Source: Pavona decussata (taxonomy: Eukaryota). From it: DNA of 64,000 bases. The notes under the pieces were generated by a model. It was not told where the DNA came from and did no database searches. It saw only the letters and a program-made list of their open reading frames with translations. How positions within the stretch are numbered: the stretch's first letter is position 1; every line of letters starts with the position of its first letter. Shown here piece after piece: positions 24,526-38,366 of the stretch. The translations under genes and the position numbers were made by a program. The stretch spans positions 4,278,001-4,342,000 of the forward strand of contig CDRNST010000080.1 of NCBI GenBank assembly GCA_977016875.1. Reading direction: 5' to 3'.

Positions 24526-25409
24526 TTGATATAAATGTTCAAATGGCTTTTATTAAAAATTGTTCGTTATTTTACTGCTATGCAGTAATGTCGCCGTTAT
24601 TTTAAGCTTACCGAAGAGCCTTGAAAGTAATGAATCAAGGAGCAGAACTTTTAATTAGCTCCATGTGCAGCTATTATCCTGGTAAACAAGACATTAGGGG
24701 ACACTTAACTCTTATGGAAATTTTTCCCATCTTACTTTGATTGCACAACATCAACGTCTTTGCTGCCAGTCGCTCATTAACATAATCCCTCCCTCCCTGT
24801 CTGTTCCATGTTGAGGGACGTTGGGAAGGAGTAAAATCATGTCTACATATCGGCCCAAGCAAGGCCTCTGTTCCAAACAATTTGGGAAGGATTGCATAAT
24901 GACAATATGTCTGTATTGTGGGACATTTGAATCAGATTCTTGGCTGTTAATGACTTGATTTTAAGTACATGTACATGCAGTTAAAATAAAATTTAAACTA
25001 TTAGAATTTTCACAATTTTCACATGAAATTATTTCCTAATTTCACTCGTCACCATTTGATTAATTACATATACAAATTCGCCTAGGATTATGGATTATTC
25101 AGACCTCCCCTAGTACAGCCTCTGTAATGCAGTTTGTAGCAAGAAAATTATAAAGATTTATTATGTGGCATTTTTAAGGGCCAGAAAGAATTGTGAGACC
25201 TCATTGATCTCATTTCTGTAAAAAAAGAAAAAAATCAGTCTTAAATTAATGTAGTTCAACTACCGGTCAGAAATATTAACTTTCATTGAAGTGTATTTAC
25301 TGGTTTATAATCTTGTGTAATCACTGTGTATATTACTGAGCACTGACATTGGCCTTAAGACAACACTAGTCTAGGAAGAGGTCATGTCAACACTCAAGAG
25401 AGTTTGAGA

Positions 25410-27745
25410 AAACTGTAAAGTGTTTGCTAGAAAGCAAAAGCAAGAGGCAAAAGATGCGGCTGAGGAAAGAAAGAACAAAATACCGCAGCAAACACGGGAA
25501 AGGGTAAGAAAAAAGAAGGGAAGAAATGCGCCGAGATTCAGATGAGGATACCGCCAGACCTTCAACTCCCGCTTTCACAAACAGGATGGCTGAGACTCGA
25601 GCACTGAAGAAAACAGTTGACGCCCTGCCCAAAACGTCAGAGAAAAAGGCAGAACTTTGAGAAGCAATTTCATCTAGTCCACAGACCAGAAAAATTCTAG
25701 AAAACCAAGGAGATAAAAAAACTCCTGAGGAAATGAAGGAAACCGTGGCACTTTGAGCTACCAGGGCAGATATTTGGGAAGGTGTTGGTCATGTCAAGGG
25801 TGGCTCAAACGACAGCAGAGCTGCATGTTCTGCATTTAAAAAGCTAGCCTTTGGCCAAAATGTTGCTTTCTAAACTAGTAAATGTCAGACGTAAGGGCGT
25901 GCAAAAGGCGGTCAAAGAGAGGCAGAAAATACTATCGGGAGAGAAAAAGAGTTCAATTTATCTAGAGCCCTGCCCAAAACGTCAGAGAAAAAGGCAGAAC
26001 TTTTAGAAGCAATTTCATCTAGTCCACAGACCAGAAAAATTCTAGAAAACCAAGGAGATAAAAAAACTCCCGAGGAAATGAAGGAAACCGTGGCACTTTG
26101 AGCTACCACGGCAGATATTTCGGCAGGTGTTGGTCATGTCAAGGGTGGCTCAAACGACAGCAGAGCTGCATGTTCTGCATTTAAAAAGCTAGCCTTTGGC
26201 CAAAATGTTGCTTTCTAAACTAGTAAATGTCAGACATAAGGGCGTGCAAAAGGCGGTCAAAGAGAGGCCGAAAATACTATCGAGAGAGAAAAAGAGTTCA
26301 ATTTATCTAGAGCGAAAAACAAGAGGTGATGCAGTCAGCCAGGAGGTAAAGCAGCTTTTTTTTTTTTTGATTTCTGGACGCACGAAGCCAGCAGACCAAC
26401 CGGAGATAAAACGGATGTTATCAGATAAAGGGTAAGGAAAAAGCAACACATTGATCACGTCAAGCACGCCCTTGAAAAAAATGCAAACAGAAGTGTTTCT
26501 GGAATTCCAGGCTGTTCACCCGGATGTGAAAATCAAGCATCGGAAATTTGAATCTTTGAAATCGTTTTTCATATGCCTGCAAAAGAAAAGGACAGAAGGT
26601 CATGTCTCTGCAGGAAGCACATTGAAGCATAGATTGTTTTTAAGGACTGTATGAGATTTCGCAAATCTGTGCAAAAGAAATGGAAGAAATGATGTACCAG
26701 TTCTCTCCACTTTAACAGAAGCAGTTAATCTAACTTTGTGTGAAAAATCAGATGAACAAAGCTATCACAATTTGAAATCCTTAAAAGGGGAATGTGACGA
26801 ACGTGGGGTGGATAAATTTGTACTTCTTCCAGAAAAACTCTCTGAAGACACTTAGGAACAATTTATTTGAAAACGTTATGCTTATGTATTAACCGGGAAA
26901 TTTTTGTCAAATGGGTAAGAAAAGAAAAAGATTGCTTTGATCACAAAGCAAACCCCGCCATAGGAATTATTTACATATTTTCAGGGCCTTTTGAAAGAAT
27001 ATTCATACCACTCCTTTATGGCAAAATGGCTAAGAGACCAAATGGACAACCTCATTGAGTACCTTCCATTCAAAAAGGTGCTTTGTGTTCATGGTTACTC
27101 AGAGGGTTACAGCTGTAGGCAACAAGAGGAGCTGTAATCTAAGTTCTTTGATGTGGCTGAAGTCTCCCTCCAAACCACCATCCTCCATCGTCATGTAGTG
27201 GAATCCATAGATGGCAAGACAAGCATAGTAAACGACTCCACAGATAATCAAGGAGCACCTGTTTGTGATCTCAGATGATGAAGTCCAGGACTATCACTCA
27301 GTACACAAGGAACAGCAACTGGTAAAAGGCTGCCTTGAAGAACAGCTTAAAATAAAGATCAGCAAGCTGCATGAGTTCACAGATGAGTGTGCTGCCCAAT
27401 ACAAGTCAAGGCACTGTATCAGAGATCTTTCTTGCTCTCTTGCCGACTATGCATTCAATGTGCAGAGAAGCTACTTTGAGACTTCCCATGCCAAAGGAGA
27501 GCAGGACGCTGCAGGAGCCAATGTCAAACAGAACGTGAGCCAGGCCGTGCTGAGAAAAACAGCAGTGATGAGAAATGCCAAGAACATGAAAGATTTCCTT
27601 GCTAAAAACTTCACCACTCCAGCAGCCTCCTCATTTGTTTCCCGTAACCAAGCAGTTGGGCTATCTTGCAGGGTTTTCTTTTATGTCCCAACAGAAGGCG
27701 AAGAGGCTGTGGTGAGATGCAGACCAGGCAGAACCTTAAAGGCAA
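25410..27745 (+). pseudogene. Sola-like transposase, copy B, with a 345-bp internal tandem duplication
   Basis: EFTDECAAQYKS..ETSHAKGEQDAAG; 25622-25966 repeated at 25967-26311. Confidence 0.75.
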
Positions 27746-29789
27746 ATCGTCAAATTTTAGGTATCACAGCACCTTTTTCATTGATGACCATAGGAAATCA
27801 ATTTCCAGAGGAAAAAATGATTGTGGTCATACAAGTAAAATAATTCGTGTGGGCATAGTCACTGCATTTAAACAGTGACTACGTTCACTGATGTTTACTT
27901 TTCTTTTCTTAGAGCTTGTAATGTATAATTCGATATCATCTGTGATGAAGAAAACTTACGAAAATATACAAGTTAATAGCATGAAGAGTGTAGGTTTGAA
28001 TATTGAGGGTGTATTCTTTTGGTTATTCTGGTTATTCTTACTGCGGTTCACGAATAACAGAATAGACAGAATTTTATTTCTGCAAAGAATGCAATTATGC
28101 CTATTCCTGTCTATTGTGTGTATTCCTATTACAGATTAGTCCCAAAAGAATACTCCTGGAGTCATCTTGACACCAAGTGCAATCCAGTTATTATTCTTAT
28201 GAGAATGCTGAGATGACAATTTCGATTTAGTTAGAGCCTTTCTATCTTAATGCTGCCCTTTTTTATAAAAATTGTCAGTTATTTTACTGCTATGCAGTAA
28301 TGTTGCTGTTATTTTAAGCTCACCGAAGAGCCTTGAAAATAATGAATCAAGGAGCAGTACTTTTAATAAGCGGCTAATGTTTTCTTACCTGTTATATGGC
28401 AAAGGATGCTGGAATTTCTCATTTTTTTATGCAATTTTTTTTAAAGTTATCTCCTGATAATTAATGATTATATTTTTGGCAAACTATTTTCATGGCAACT
28501 GATAAATTGTTTTCCTCTCTAACTAAAGTAATTTCAAGTATTGTCAACATTATAATTGATTCTCATCTGCTTACAATTATTATGAGAATTGAGAAAGTAT
28601 CCCACGACAAGAATGACAGCTTCATGTGCAACTATTATCCTGGTAAACAAGACATTAGGGGACACCTGACTCTTTTGGAAATTTTTCCCATTTTACTTTG
28701 CTTGAACAACATCAACATCTTTGCTGCCAGTCGCTCATTAACATAATCCCTCCCTCCTTCCCTGTTCAATGTTGAGGATTTCTACTTGTTGATTCATCTT
28801 TGTTCAACACTATTGTAACGGAGGGACGTTGGGGAGGAGTAAAATCATGTCTACATATCGGCCCAAGCGAGGCCCATGTTCTAAACAATTTGGCCAGGAT
28901 TGCATAATGAAAATATGACTGCATTGTGGGACATTTGAATCAGATCTTTGGCTGTTAATGACTTCATTATTTGGAATTTTGAAAAATTGCACATGAAATT
29001 ATTTCATAATTCCACTCGTCAACATTTGATTAATTACATGTACAAAATTGCCTAGGATTATGGATTATTCAGACCTTCCCTAGTATGGCCTCTTTAATGC
29101 AGTTTGTAGCAAGAAAAGTTAGATGTGTGTTAAATGTGGCATTTTTAAGGGCTTGAAAGAATTGTGAGACCTCATTGATCCCATATCTGTTAAAACAGAA
29201 ATCAGTCTCAAATTAATGTAGTTCAACTACCAGTCAGAAATATTAAACTTTATTGAAGTGTATTTACTGGTTTATAATCTTGTGTAATCACTGTGTATAT
29301 TACTGAACACTGATATTGGCCTTTAAGTCAACACTAGTCCAGGAAGAGGTCATGTCAACACTCAAGAGAGTTTGGAAAAACTGTAGTGTTTGTTTGAATT
29401 GACATAAACATTCAAGTTCTCCCAAACCTACTGTGGTTAGATCGTGTAATTTAACAACTCACACAAGTTTGTTAATTGAAGAGTTTTCGTTATTACAATA
29501 AAAGTTTTACTGGAATATTTGTTTTGAGGTCTTACAGGGTACGTTATTTTGCATAAAAATTCGCATTTTATTTCCCGGTTTTATATTCACATAAATTCGA
29601 GCTTTATTTTCCAGATTGAAATATTTTCTTTACTGCCAACCTCATAGACAAGAAATGACACTTTTGTACAGTGAACATAACATCCAGATCAAATATAACA
29701 AACAGAACACCTTCAACCTAGGTGTGATGAAAATGAGAAAATTTTAAAATACAAGTGAACAAAGCCAGCGGGAGATAAGTCTCCTCCTT

Positions 29790-30130
29790 AGTAAGCTCAA
29801 GCTCATCCAAAGGGTGAAGGATGCTAAGTGGTTCAGCTTCGTTGTGGATGAAGTAACGGACTGTGCTACTATCGAGCAGCTTCCGATTTACCTCAGTTAT
29901 GTAGACGAGGAAGAGAAGCCACACTGTCGGTCTAACAAGTTCTAGAGACATCCGATGCATCTGATTCTACAACCATCACATGAATCACTCTGCAGAGCTC
30001 AAATCCTTTGGTTCAAATCTTTCTTTGGTTTTTGGTTTTGGCTCTGATGGTGCCAGTGTCATGACTTCCAAGAACAATTGTGTTGGTGCAAGGCTTCAAA
30101 GAGTTTGTGGTATCATAGTGCATAGTCACT
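29790..30130 (+). pseudogene. hAT transposase fragment, copy B (extends further than copy A)
   Basis: FSFVVDEVTDCATIEQL..GFGSDGASVMTSKNNCVGARLQRVCGIIVHSH. Confidence 0.75.
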
Positions 30131-30753
30131 CAACTTGAAATTTCAGAACAGATCAGATCAAGTCACAAAATGAAACAGTGACATTAACAGAGTTCGAAAC
30201 GTCCATGCAGTTAACAAAGTAGAAAGATTTCTTGGATGCTTCAACTGTCAAAAAAAAAGATTCAATGAACTTCAGGTCACATCATGCACTGCAGACACAC
30301 AATGATATATTAGTATATCACATAATTATAACACAGTCTAACCTGTGGACTGTTAGTCCCACGACAAATCATAGCCAAATGGATTTACCTTGTGAAGTCA
30401 TTGTTGCTGACATGACTGTGGACTGCCTAAAATGGGAGGTCCAAAGAGAGTCCATGACGTCACCTATTGTTATAACCTAGGGAAAGAATGCGTTCCTCCA
30501 TACTAATTAAGTGCCTAGTCTTGCTGCATTCTAATTTTTTGACTTCCGCCATACCAAGTGCGCAGGTTTACTAATGAGCATCGCTCTAGTACAATGGAAA
30601 CAATAAGCCTAGGCTTGCCTGCTAATAGTAAACACGGATTGGCTCACAAAAAATCTATTATGTTTTCAAAATAAAAGCACGCTCTCTGTTTAGCATTTTA
30701 TTCTTGTCACAAACTCGAGTAAATTATATTTTTATTACAAGATAGCTCCAGAC

Positions 30754-31197
30754 ATGCAAGTCGAATCAAGTACTACACCTCTGTTGATGGTAGACGAAGT
30801 GGAACAAGTCCATCGACAAAGGGCAGTCAGTCTTATCAGCCATGTTTTTCAGCTAACGTATGCCACCATACTAGACGCAAGGATTCAAGAAGAAAAAGTA
30901 ACTCGCTGCCACAGTTGTGCTATTCAACATCCCAGTCAAAGACAGCACTCCTGCCTGATGATGGATAGTGAAGATGCTTGGTTTTATTTCCGAAATGATG
31001 CAGTAGAGAAAATGAACCGTAATGATGTTCTAAAGATCGCTGGTAGTGTGTGTAATACTCTTGGATTTAAGTTAGGCAAATCCTGGGAAGCCTACGTGAG
31101 CGATCTCGCAAAGATGCCTTGGACCAGTCTATATCTCACATCTCTGGAACTTGAAGGATTCTGTGAAGGTACTGAAGCGAAGCAGCTACAAGATTGA
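30754..31197 (+). CDS. Polinton terminal small protein with CxxC-HPSQRQHSC motif (probably extends to ~31380 past a premature stop)
   Basis: ORF track; lies between the Polinton subterminal region and pPolB; homologue at 22166. Confidence 0.55.
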   Translation: MQVESSTTPLLMVDEVEQVHRQRAVSLISHVFQLTYATILDARIQEEKVTRCHSCAIQHPSQRQHSCLMMDSEDAWFYFRNDAVEKMNRNDVLKIAGSVCNTLGFKLGKSWEAYVSDLAKMPWTSLYLTSLELEGFCEGTEAKQLQD

Positions 31198-31473
31198 ATT
31201 TTGCATGATGTTTATGATGGTCCCAATGGCCTCAAGTGGAAAAATTTCAGTGAAAGAGTCAATTTAGAGAACAATGACCTCAATGAAGTTGAATGTCCTG
31301 AAACTATTGTCAAAAAAGGCTGAGAACCAATGGACCTCGCCCTTGTAATGAAGGAAATTCAAAATAAGCTATTTCTGTAAAAGTAATAAAGCATGTACAC
31401 GATTTGATCTTGATCCAGTGTGTGTTTATCTGTCTACACCTGAACATGGGTTTTACTGTTTCAGTTCTTAGGG

Positions 31474-33935
31474 TATGATTTTACTTTTATTGCCTTATGC
31501 GCAACCTGCGGAGAAACATTCCATAACTGCACCACTTACAACACACATGTCCGCACCTCTGATCAACAACAACAAACAACCGTAAATGCAGCGCTGCGAC
31601 TTCAAATGATGCACCAGCTGCGAAAAAATCCAAGGGGACAGACCAAACAGCTGTGAGTACAGCGTCTGAACCATCAGCCACGCCTCATTCCGCTCCTCCA
31701 GCATCTGCAGCAACTGCAGGTTCCAGTTGGTAAGTGGATCCCATTCTTATCACTTCAAACCTTCTTTCAAGCTCTGACAAAAATATTGCTCAGACGTACC
31801 GACAACACTGGTCCCAGATCTGTACCCGATTTAGCTGCCACAACAGACTTCAAGACTGATACAATTTCCGCCAATTTCCGTCAACCCCCACAGCCTCCGC
31901 GAGCAACTAAGCCAGATCGTCGCTGATCAACCCACCGTCTTCAAAATCTACTTGTCGTTTGGTTTCATTCTGCGAAACACAGAGACTGGCGTCCTCCAGT
32001 ACCACCACCTGTCTGCCAACAATAATTTGGTCTTAGAACAGTCTTTCCTGGTCTCGAATCACAAAGACTTAGAGCGCGCAATACAAGAAATCAGCAACAT
32101 TGACTTTCTCGACTGGGTTCACCGGCAAAGGCTCAGCAGTAAATGGGTAGTGGATTTGATTACGAACCTCACCTGGTTTGTTTGGAAAATCCGCAATCAT
32201 TGAATAGGCCGAGGCAAATACCTACCCAGGTATGTTGCCGAAAACCAAGGAATCAACGCGCTGGAAAGCAATGCACAGACAGGCAAACCCTATGAAGACA
32301 ATCTCTGTTTTTTCGGCTCCCTGGCTCTCCATAATGGTTGCCATAAGAAGAACCTAGAGAGAGACACACAGTCCTATTACCAACAATACCAAGAAGCTGG
32401 GTTAGGAAAAAAGAAGTTCTATGGAGTCAAGTTGTCCGAACTAGACGAACTGGAAAAACTATATGCAGTCAACATACAAGTATACAGTCTCACGCCAGCA
32501 CGAACCCACAGTGAAGACCAAGGCGATCAAGAAAATACTTCCAACATTGCCACGCTCTCACCACCATTACGCTGGCACTCTTTACTTGAACTTGTACGAA
32601 AATCATTTTTCATATATTAAAGATCTCGCCTGGTACTCAAAGTCCTTTTGTTGTTCCTGCTGCGGCAAGTACTGGAAATGCGCAAGTAATTCAAGGCAAC
32701 ATGAAGCAACTTGTGACGGGAAAGTCCACCTCAAGTAGCCTGTCGGCACGTACCATGTACTGAAGACTGTCTTTGAAGAACTTGAGGAAGGAATTATCGT
32801 ACCAGAAGAAGCACGCTATTTTCCTCAATGCACCATGTTCGATTTTGAGTGCTTCTTCAATAAAGAAAAAGCGAAAGACTTGAAGAAAACTGACAAGTTA
32901 ACCTGGCAATTGGCGCATGTTCCCCTCAGTGTAAGTGTCTGCAGTAACGTAACCAGTTATGAAGACCCCAAATGTTTTGTCTCTAATGGTGATCCAGGCC
33001 AGTTTATTTCAGAGTTTATCCAGTACCTTGTTTCTCTGAGTACGAAAAGTGCTTCTATTCTCCGCAAACAGTTTGCAACTGTGTTTGAAGTACTGCAGCA
33101 AGTACCTAACCACGATGAGTCAAAAGAAGATCAACTCACGCAAATACTCCTTGATATCCAGGAGGGCAGTGACAATAACAATGAAGTTGAAAGTGAACAA
33201 GAGGAAAATAATGAAGAAGAGAGCGAGGATGACAGCTGAGGGATCGATTTGATGGCCAGTGATGACGATGACGACGAGGAAGAAATGGAACCACAAAACA
33301 ATGAAGATTGCGCGTTTCTCCATGATGAGACAGAAGAACAGGAAGATGCATCCTTTTACCGAAGATTAAACGTTGAGTTGGATACTGAAAGGAGACAAGA
33401 GAGAAAAAAACGGCGAGAAGAACTAGTAGAGCGCAAAGATGTGTTATTCAGAGAAATGAAAACCTCGAACAACAAAGTCTTAACAAAGCTAACTGAAAAA
33501 CTGAACGCAAACTTACAAGACCTACTAGTCCTTGGCTTCAATTCTGGCAAGTACGACCTCAATGCTGTGAAAGAATTTCTCTTTCCCTACCTCGTTGAGA
33601 CTCAACTCATCAAGTTCACCATCCAGACCGAATTCCCCAAGCTCCTGGATATTTCTAACTATCTCGCTCCTGGATTTCGCTATAACCAGTTCCTTAAAGC
33701 TTACGAGTGTGACCAGAACAAAGGTTTCTTCCCCTACAAATGGATTGATAGGCTGGACAAATTAGAAGAAACATCGCTGCCCCCACATGAAACCTTCTAC
33801 TCAAGTCCAAAGAATCAAAACATTACAGAAGAAGAGTACAAATACTGTCAGCAAGTCTGGGAGGAAAACGAAATGGTCATCTTTAAAGGTTTTCTGGTCT
33901 GGTACAATAATCTGGATGCGGTTCCTTTCCTCTTA
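31474..33935 (+). pseudogene. Polinton/Maverick protein-primed DNA polymerase B, N-terminal and exonuclease region, copy B
   Basis: C2H2 CATCGETF..HVRT; SFGFILRN; DNLCFF; FDFEC; GFNSGKYDL; KGFFPY; YNNLDAVPF; many stops and frameshifts; polymerase palm absent. Confidence 0.88.
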
Positions 33936-34420
33936 ATGGAGGGACAATGGAGAGGAGTAAAATCATGTCTACATATCAGCCCAAGCGAGGCCTGCATTCC
34001 AAACAATTTGGCCAGGATTTTATAATAAAAATATGACTGCATTGTGGGACAACTGAATCAGATCCTTGGCTGTTAATGAGTTGATTTTATGTACATGTAA
34101 ATGCAGTCAATATAAAATTAAAATTATTAGAATTTTGACAAACTGCACATGAAATTATTTCCTAATTTCACTCGTCACCATTTGATTAATTACATGTACA
34201 AATTTGCCTAGGATTATGGATTATTCAGACCTCCCCTAGTAGGGCCTCTGTAATGCAGTTTGTAGCAAGAAAATTATTTACAGTTGTATTAAATGTGGCA
34301 TTTTTAAGAGCTGGAAAGAATTGTGAGACCTCATTGATCTCATTTCTGTTAAAACAGAAATCAGTCTTAACTTAATGTAGTTCAACTACTAGTCAGAAAT
34401 ATTAAATTTCATTGAAGTGT

Positions 34421-36599
34421 ATTGTTATCCATGCAATATACATGTAGGAGAGAATGAATACTTATTCCATTGATGTAGTTTTATTGTAGAGTAACATCAA
34501 AATTAAATGTTCATTTAATTGTTGCTGCTGTCCCTTCAGGCTCACGGGATTTTGAGCCTAGTTTTAACTTTCAGTTTTCATGATTTTTCTGGTCCCCTCC
34601 GTGACAGCTTAAATAAAGGACCAAACCTTCCCACGAGTTGCAGGAATAATTTTGAAAAGAAGGATGTTAAAATGTACTGGTCCACCAAATTCTCATCCCT
34701 TTCACTGCCATATTTTCCATCAGTCATATCAAGAAACCTTTACCAGCTGATTTCAAAGTTCTTGCACTGTAATGACAATACAAGCGAAGAAGTGTGTCAT
34801 GATTCTCCGAGGTACAGGTACAACCCATTGCACAAATATAGGTTGCTTTTGTATTTGCTAAATAGTTCTTGTAAACGCTATTACCTTTCAGAATGCCTAC
34901 TTTCAATTGATGAAAACCTAATTGGATTGAAAAAATCGCACTGAACTGATTCAGTACATAGCCGACAAGCATCACCATTAGTGGGGTGTCAGGTTGTATA
35001 CTGCTACCAAATCACAGATCACATACCCATTGCATACACAGTTTACTGTGGAAAAAAGCGTGCTCCTACAGCCTCTGAATTTGGCCATTCTTATGATGTG
35101 GTGTTTGATCTTCTTACCCAAGCAGGATTATTGAACAAGGGTTACCACTTATTTGTGCACAATTTTTACACCAGCCCAACCATAGAAGACCACCTGTTTT
35201 CCAAGGACACCCTTCTCACAGGAACTCTTTTCTCCAACAGGAAGGGTGTTCCAGCAGTCCTCAAGGCAGCATAGCCGAAGAAGAACGAGTATGTTTACTT
35301 TAGGAAAGGATTGATTCTTGCCTCTCCTGGCGGGAGAAGAAAACACAGAAAAACCCCTTCCTTCTCCTTAGCACAGGCATCCCAGCTGGTATGGTGCAGC
35401 ACAGGAAACGCGATAGAACAGTCAAGGAACTACCTTATCCTGTGTCTACACACAACAAGCACATAGGTGGGGCAGATCTCCTTGACCAAATGGTTGACCG
35501 TGTCGCTGCAGAAGGACCTATCATAAATTTTGGAAGTGTTTTTTTGCAATCATAGATCGAATGGCATTTTGTGCATATCTCTTTTATGAGAAGAACACAG
35601 CAGCCGAGCAAAAGCTTTCACGGTTTGATTTTATGTGTACTCTGATGGAGGAACTGTGTGGTAAGAGTTTAAATGAAGAAGGAGAAACCCATCCAGTTCA
35701 GCCAAAAGGGCACAGGATTAAAAGAATTCCAGACGGCAAGGCAAGGGATTGTGCAGTACGTTCCGACAGGAGTGTTCCGGGTGGCCGCAAAAGGGCTAAG
35801 ACCCAGTGTGTTGGTTGCCAGGTGGGAGTCCATTTGGACTGTTCTGGGTCTTTGGACCACAGGAACAAGAAGAGGAAGCTATGAACATTATATTTGAACG
35901 GAGACTGGAGTGTATATAACTTTCATTTTTTTTTTTTGTTCTACTGCGTCGCCTTAGAAAAAGGAGCTCTCAAAAAGAACTTTTATACTTGTTATTATAA
36001 GAGTGTTATGCTTGTAGAAGAAAATTGTGTTTGTTTTTGGTTCCTTTCTTGCATCATTTCTTTAAAAAAGGTAAAATCCAAACATTGCAAATTCTTTATA
36101 AAAGGTGGTTGTTTTGTTGCAGAAATGCTTAGCAGGAAAATATGTTTAAAAGAATCAATGAAAATTTTAGAAATCTGATACCAGAGGTGCCATGGAAACC
36201 AGAAATGAATGAAATATGAAAGCACATTTTATGAGGAATAAATTAGAGGTTGTTTCATTGAAATTTGACCTTTGCTTCCATAGTTAGAGCCATTTTTGTC
36301 AGCCCAGTCATTTTGCCCATTTTGGCTCTGGCACTGGGGCTGTCTGGAGACACCCCACAGCATTGGGGTAGACTCCAGAAGGACGTAGGGCGAGAGGGAG
36401 ACCAAAGACCACTTGGAGAAGGACTGTTGAGAGGGGGAGAAACAAGGCAGGGTAAAGAGTTGGAATGTAGCCAAGGCGGTGGCACAAAACATACAGTGTT
36501 GGTCAGAGAATGTGTCTGCCTTATGCACCTATTGGCGTGCGGAGATTTGATGAGGATGACTGGGGTCGTCACCCACCCAGAATTGTGGCACTTTTAGGG
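34421..36599 (+). mobile_element. piggyBac (PGBD4-like) element, copy 1, 5' part of transposase deleted
   Basis: SIDEN, WGVRLY, GYHLFVHNFYTSP, GGADLLDQ and C-terminal Cys-rich CVGCQVGVHLDC; 3' end cacttttAGGG. Confidence 0.85.
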
Positions 36600-37129
36600 T
36601 TTTAAATTAACATACTAATAAATGACCAAATGCGCATCACAATAAAACTATAACTACCAATACTAACTAAATATATATGAATATAATGAATAATACATAC
36701 ATGTATTTGTTTTTGTTTTGCAGAAAAAATAGGTAAACAACTGACTATTGAATACAGAGACATTGACACATTCAAATAATTGTGTGAGGAAGGGGATTAA
36801 AGATGAAAGTTGGAAGTTCTTAAAGAACCAGGGCTCTCTTCAGCATTTTTTGTGGTAACATTTCCTGGTAACATTACGAAAGGACTGCCTCAAGCCATTA
36901 AAACAAGGCTCTCATTTGAAACATCATTCAACCTTCCCTGTTATCAGGAGCCAGTTGTTGCAGCCTTACTGGCTAAAGCTGTTGCCTTCCGTGGCATTCC
37001 TCTTATCTCCATTAAAGACCTTAAAGCACTCTCAGCTGAGGAAGCATCTTATTCAGAGGACATGTGATACCAAACTTTATTATAGGTGCGTACCTGAATC
37101 TGCTGTCAGCTACTTTTAAAAATGTAACT

Positions 37130-37878
37130 GCTATAAAATGGGAGAGGTTTGAGAAAAGCAGTGATAAGAAACTTGGTGGTTTGTTGCTGAAGAAATGAAA
37201 GGTGTCTGACTACAATCTCATACTTGTCCCCTGCAACGAAGTTGGAAGCAACCACTGGTTTCTTCTCTGTGTTTACCCAAAGGTGCAGCATGTTGTGGTA
37301 CTTGATAGTGCAGCTGGAGAATTCATTAAGCCTACACATCAAAGAGCTATCACGAAGATGTGGAGAGCATTGGTTATAGCGAGTGGTGAACCAAGCCCCT
37401 GTGACTGGTCTTGTTATGTGAACAGTGATGATGATGTGCTGCAACAAGAAACGGATTTTGATTGTGGTGTTTTGTTTGCGTGTTTTCAAGAGCACTTGCT
37501 CTTGCAGATCCCCTCATCCTTAATGCAGACATCATGGATGTTAGAAAATCCATCATTCATGATCTGTATTTTCAAAGCCTCAGCCCAATGCCATCTGTAA
37601 GGGTTCAGGTAGGGATGAACTATGCAGTTGACTATGTGACCACTTTCTATTTTGGAAGAGTTACATCTGTAGAAGGCAGCTTTGTTGGACTTAAATTCTT
37701 GCACAGCAAAACCTCCACCACCTACGACTGGCCAAGAATGGATGATGTTGACAGAGTACACTGCAGTTGCACTTTTTATGGTCCTGTGTTGCTGGACGGC
37801 AATCGCCCTTCTACTATTTCAACTCAACATGAAGTTGAGAACGTGCACTTTTTCATTAAAAAGCCGCACAAACTGTAA
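37130..37878 (+). pseudogene. Ulp1/SENP (peptidase C48) domain plus a C-terminal domain, frameshifted
   Basis: NHWFLL..VVVLDS..QQETDFDCGV catalytic motifs; continues in a second frame YAVDY..FGRV..KFLH..YDWP..D..FYGP. Confidence 0.8.
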
Positions 37879-38366
37879 GCAGTACACCTAAAAAACTCTA
37901 AATACAGATAACATCAAACTGTCTGAAAAATGTGCTGGACGTAGATGTAATAATTATTATTACATATTAAGCATTTGCTAATAACTGTACTTGAAATACA
38001 ACAGTCATTACATTTATGACCAACATCAATTGAATTTCTGCAGAGGTCCAATTTTACATTTAGATTGTAGTTGGTATAAGCTTAGTAAAGTGTTGGCTGA
38101 AAGTTGTTTTTAAGGAGCATTGTACATAATACACGACTGTATAATTCATAAGTTGTTCTTGCCTCTTTTCATACATGGCATTTCTGTTCAATGAGCAATG
38201 TACATTTAGAAAACATTTTAATTGTAGTTATGTGGATGCATGCATAAATGAAGTTAATAGTCCTATAAAAAAGCCTTTTTCTATAGTACTCGACAATTCT
38301 GTGTTCAGTCAGTTGAAAGAGAAAAATTGACCATTAAATATCTGAGTTGTTTGGGTTCTCAGATAA

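Larger units (their letters stand above)
15726..34085. repeat. Large tandem segmental duplication: copy A 15726-23762, copy B 23766-34085
   Basis: Colinear near-identity from agggacagcaaggccttc (15726/23766) to gatccttggctgtt.atgagttgat (~23762/34085); paired ORFs in the track. Confidence 0.95.
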
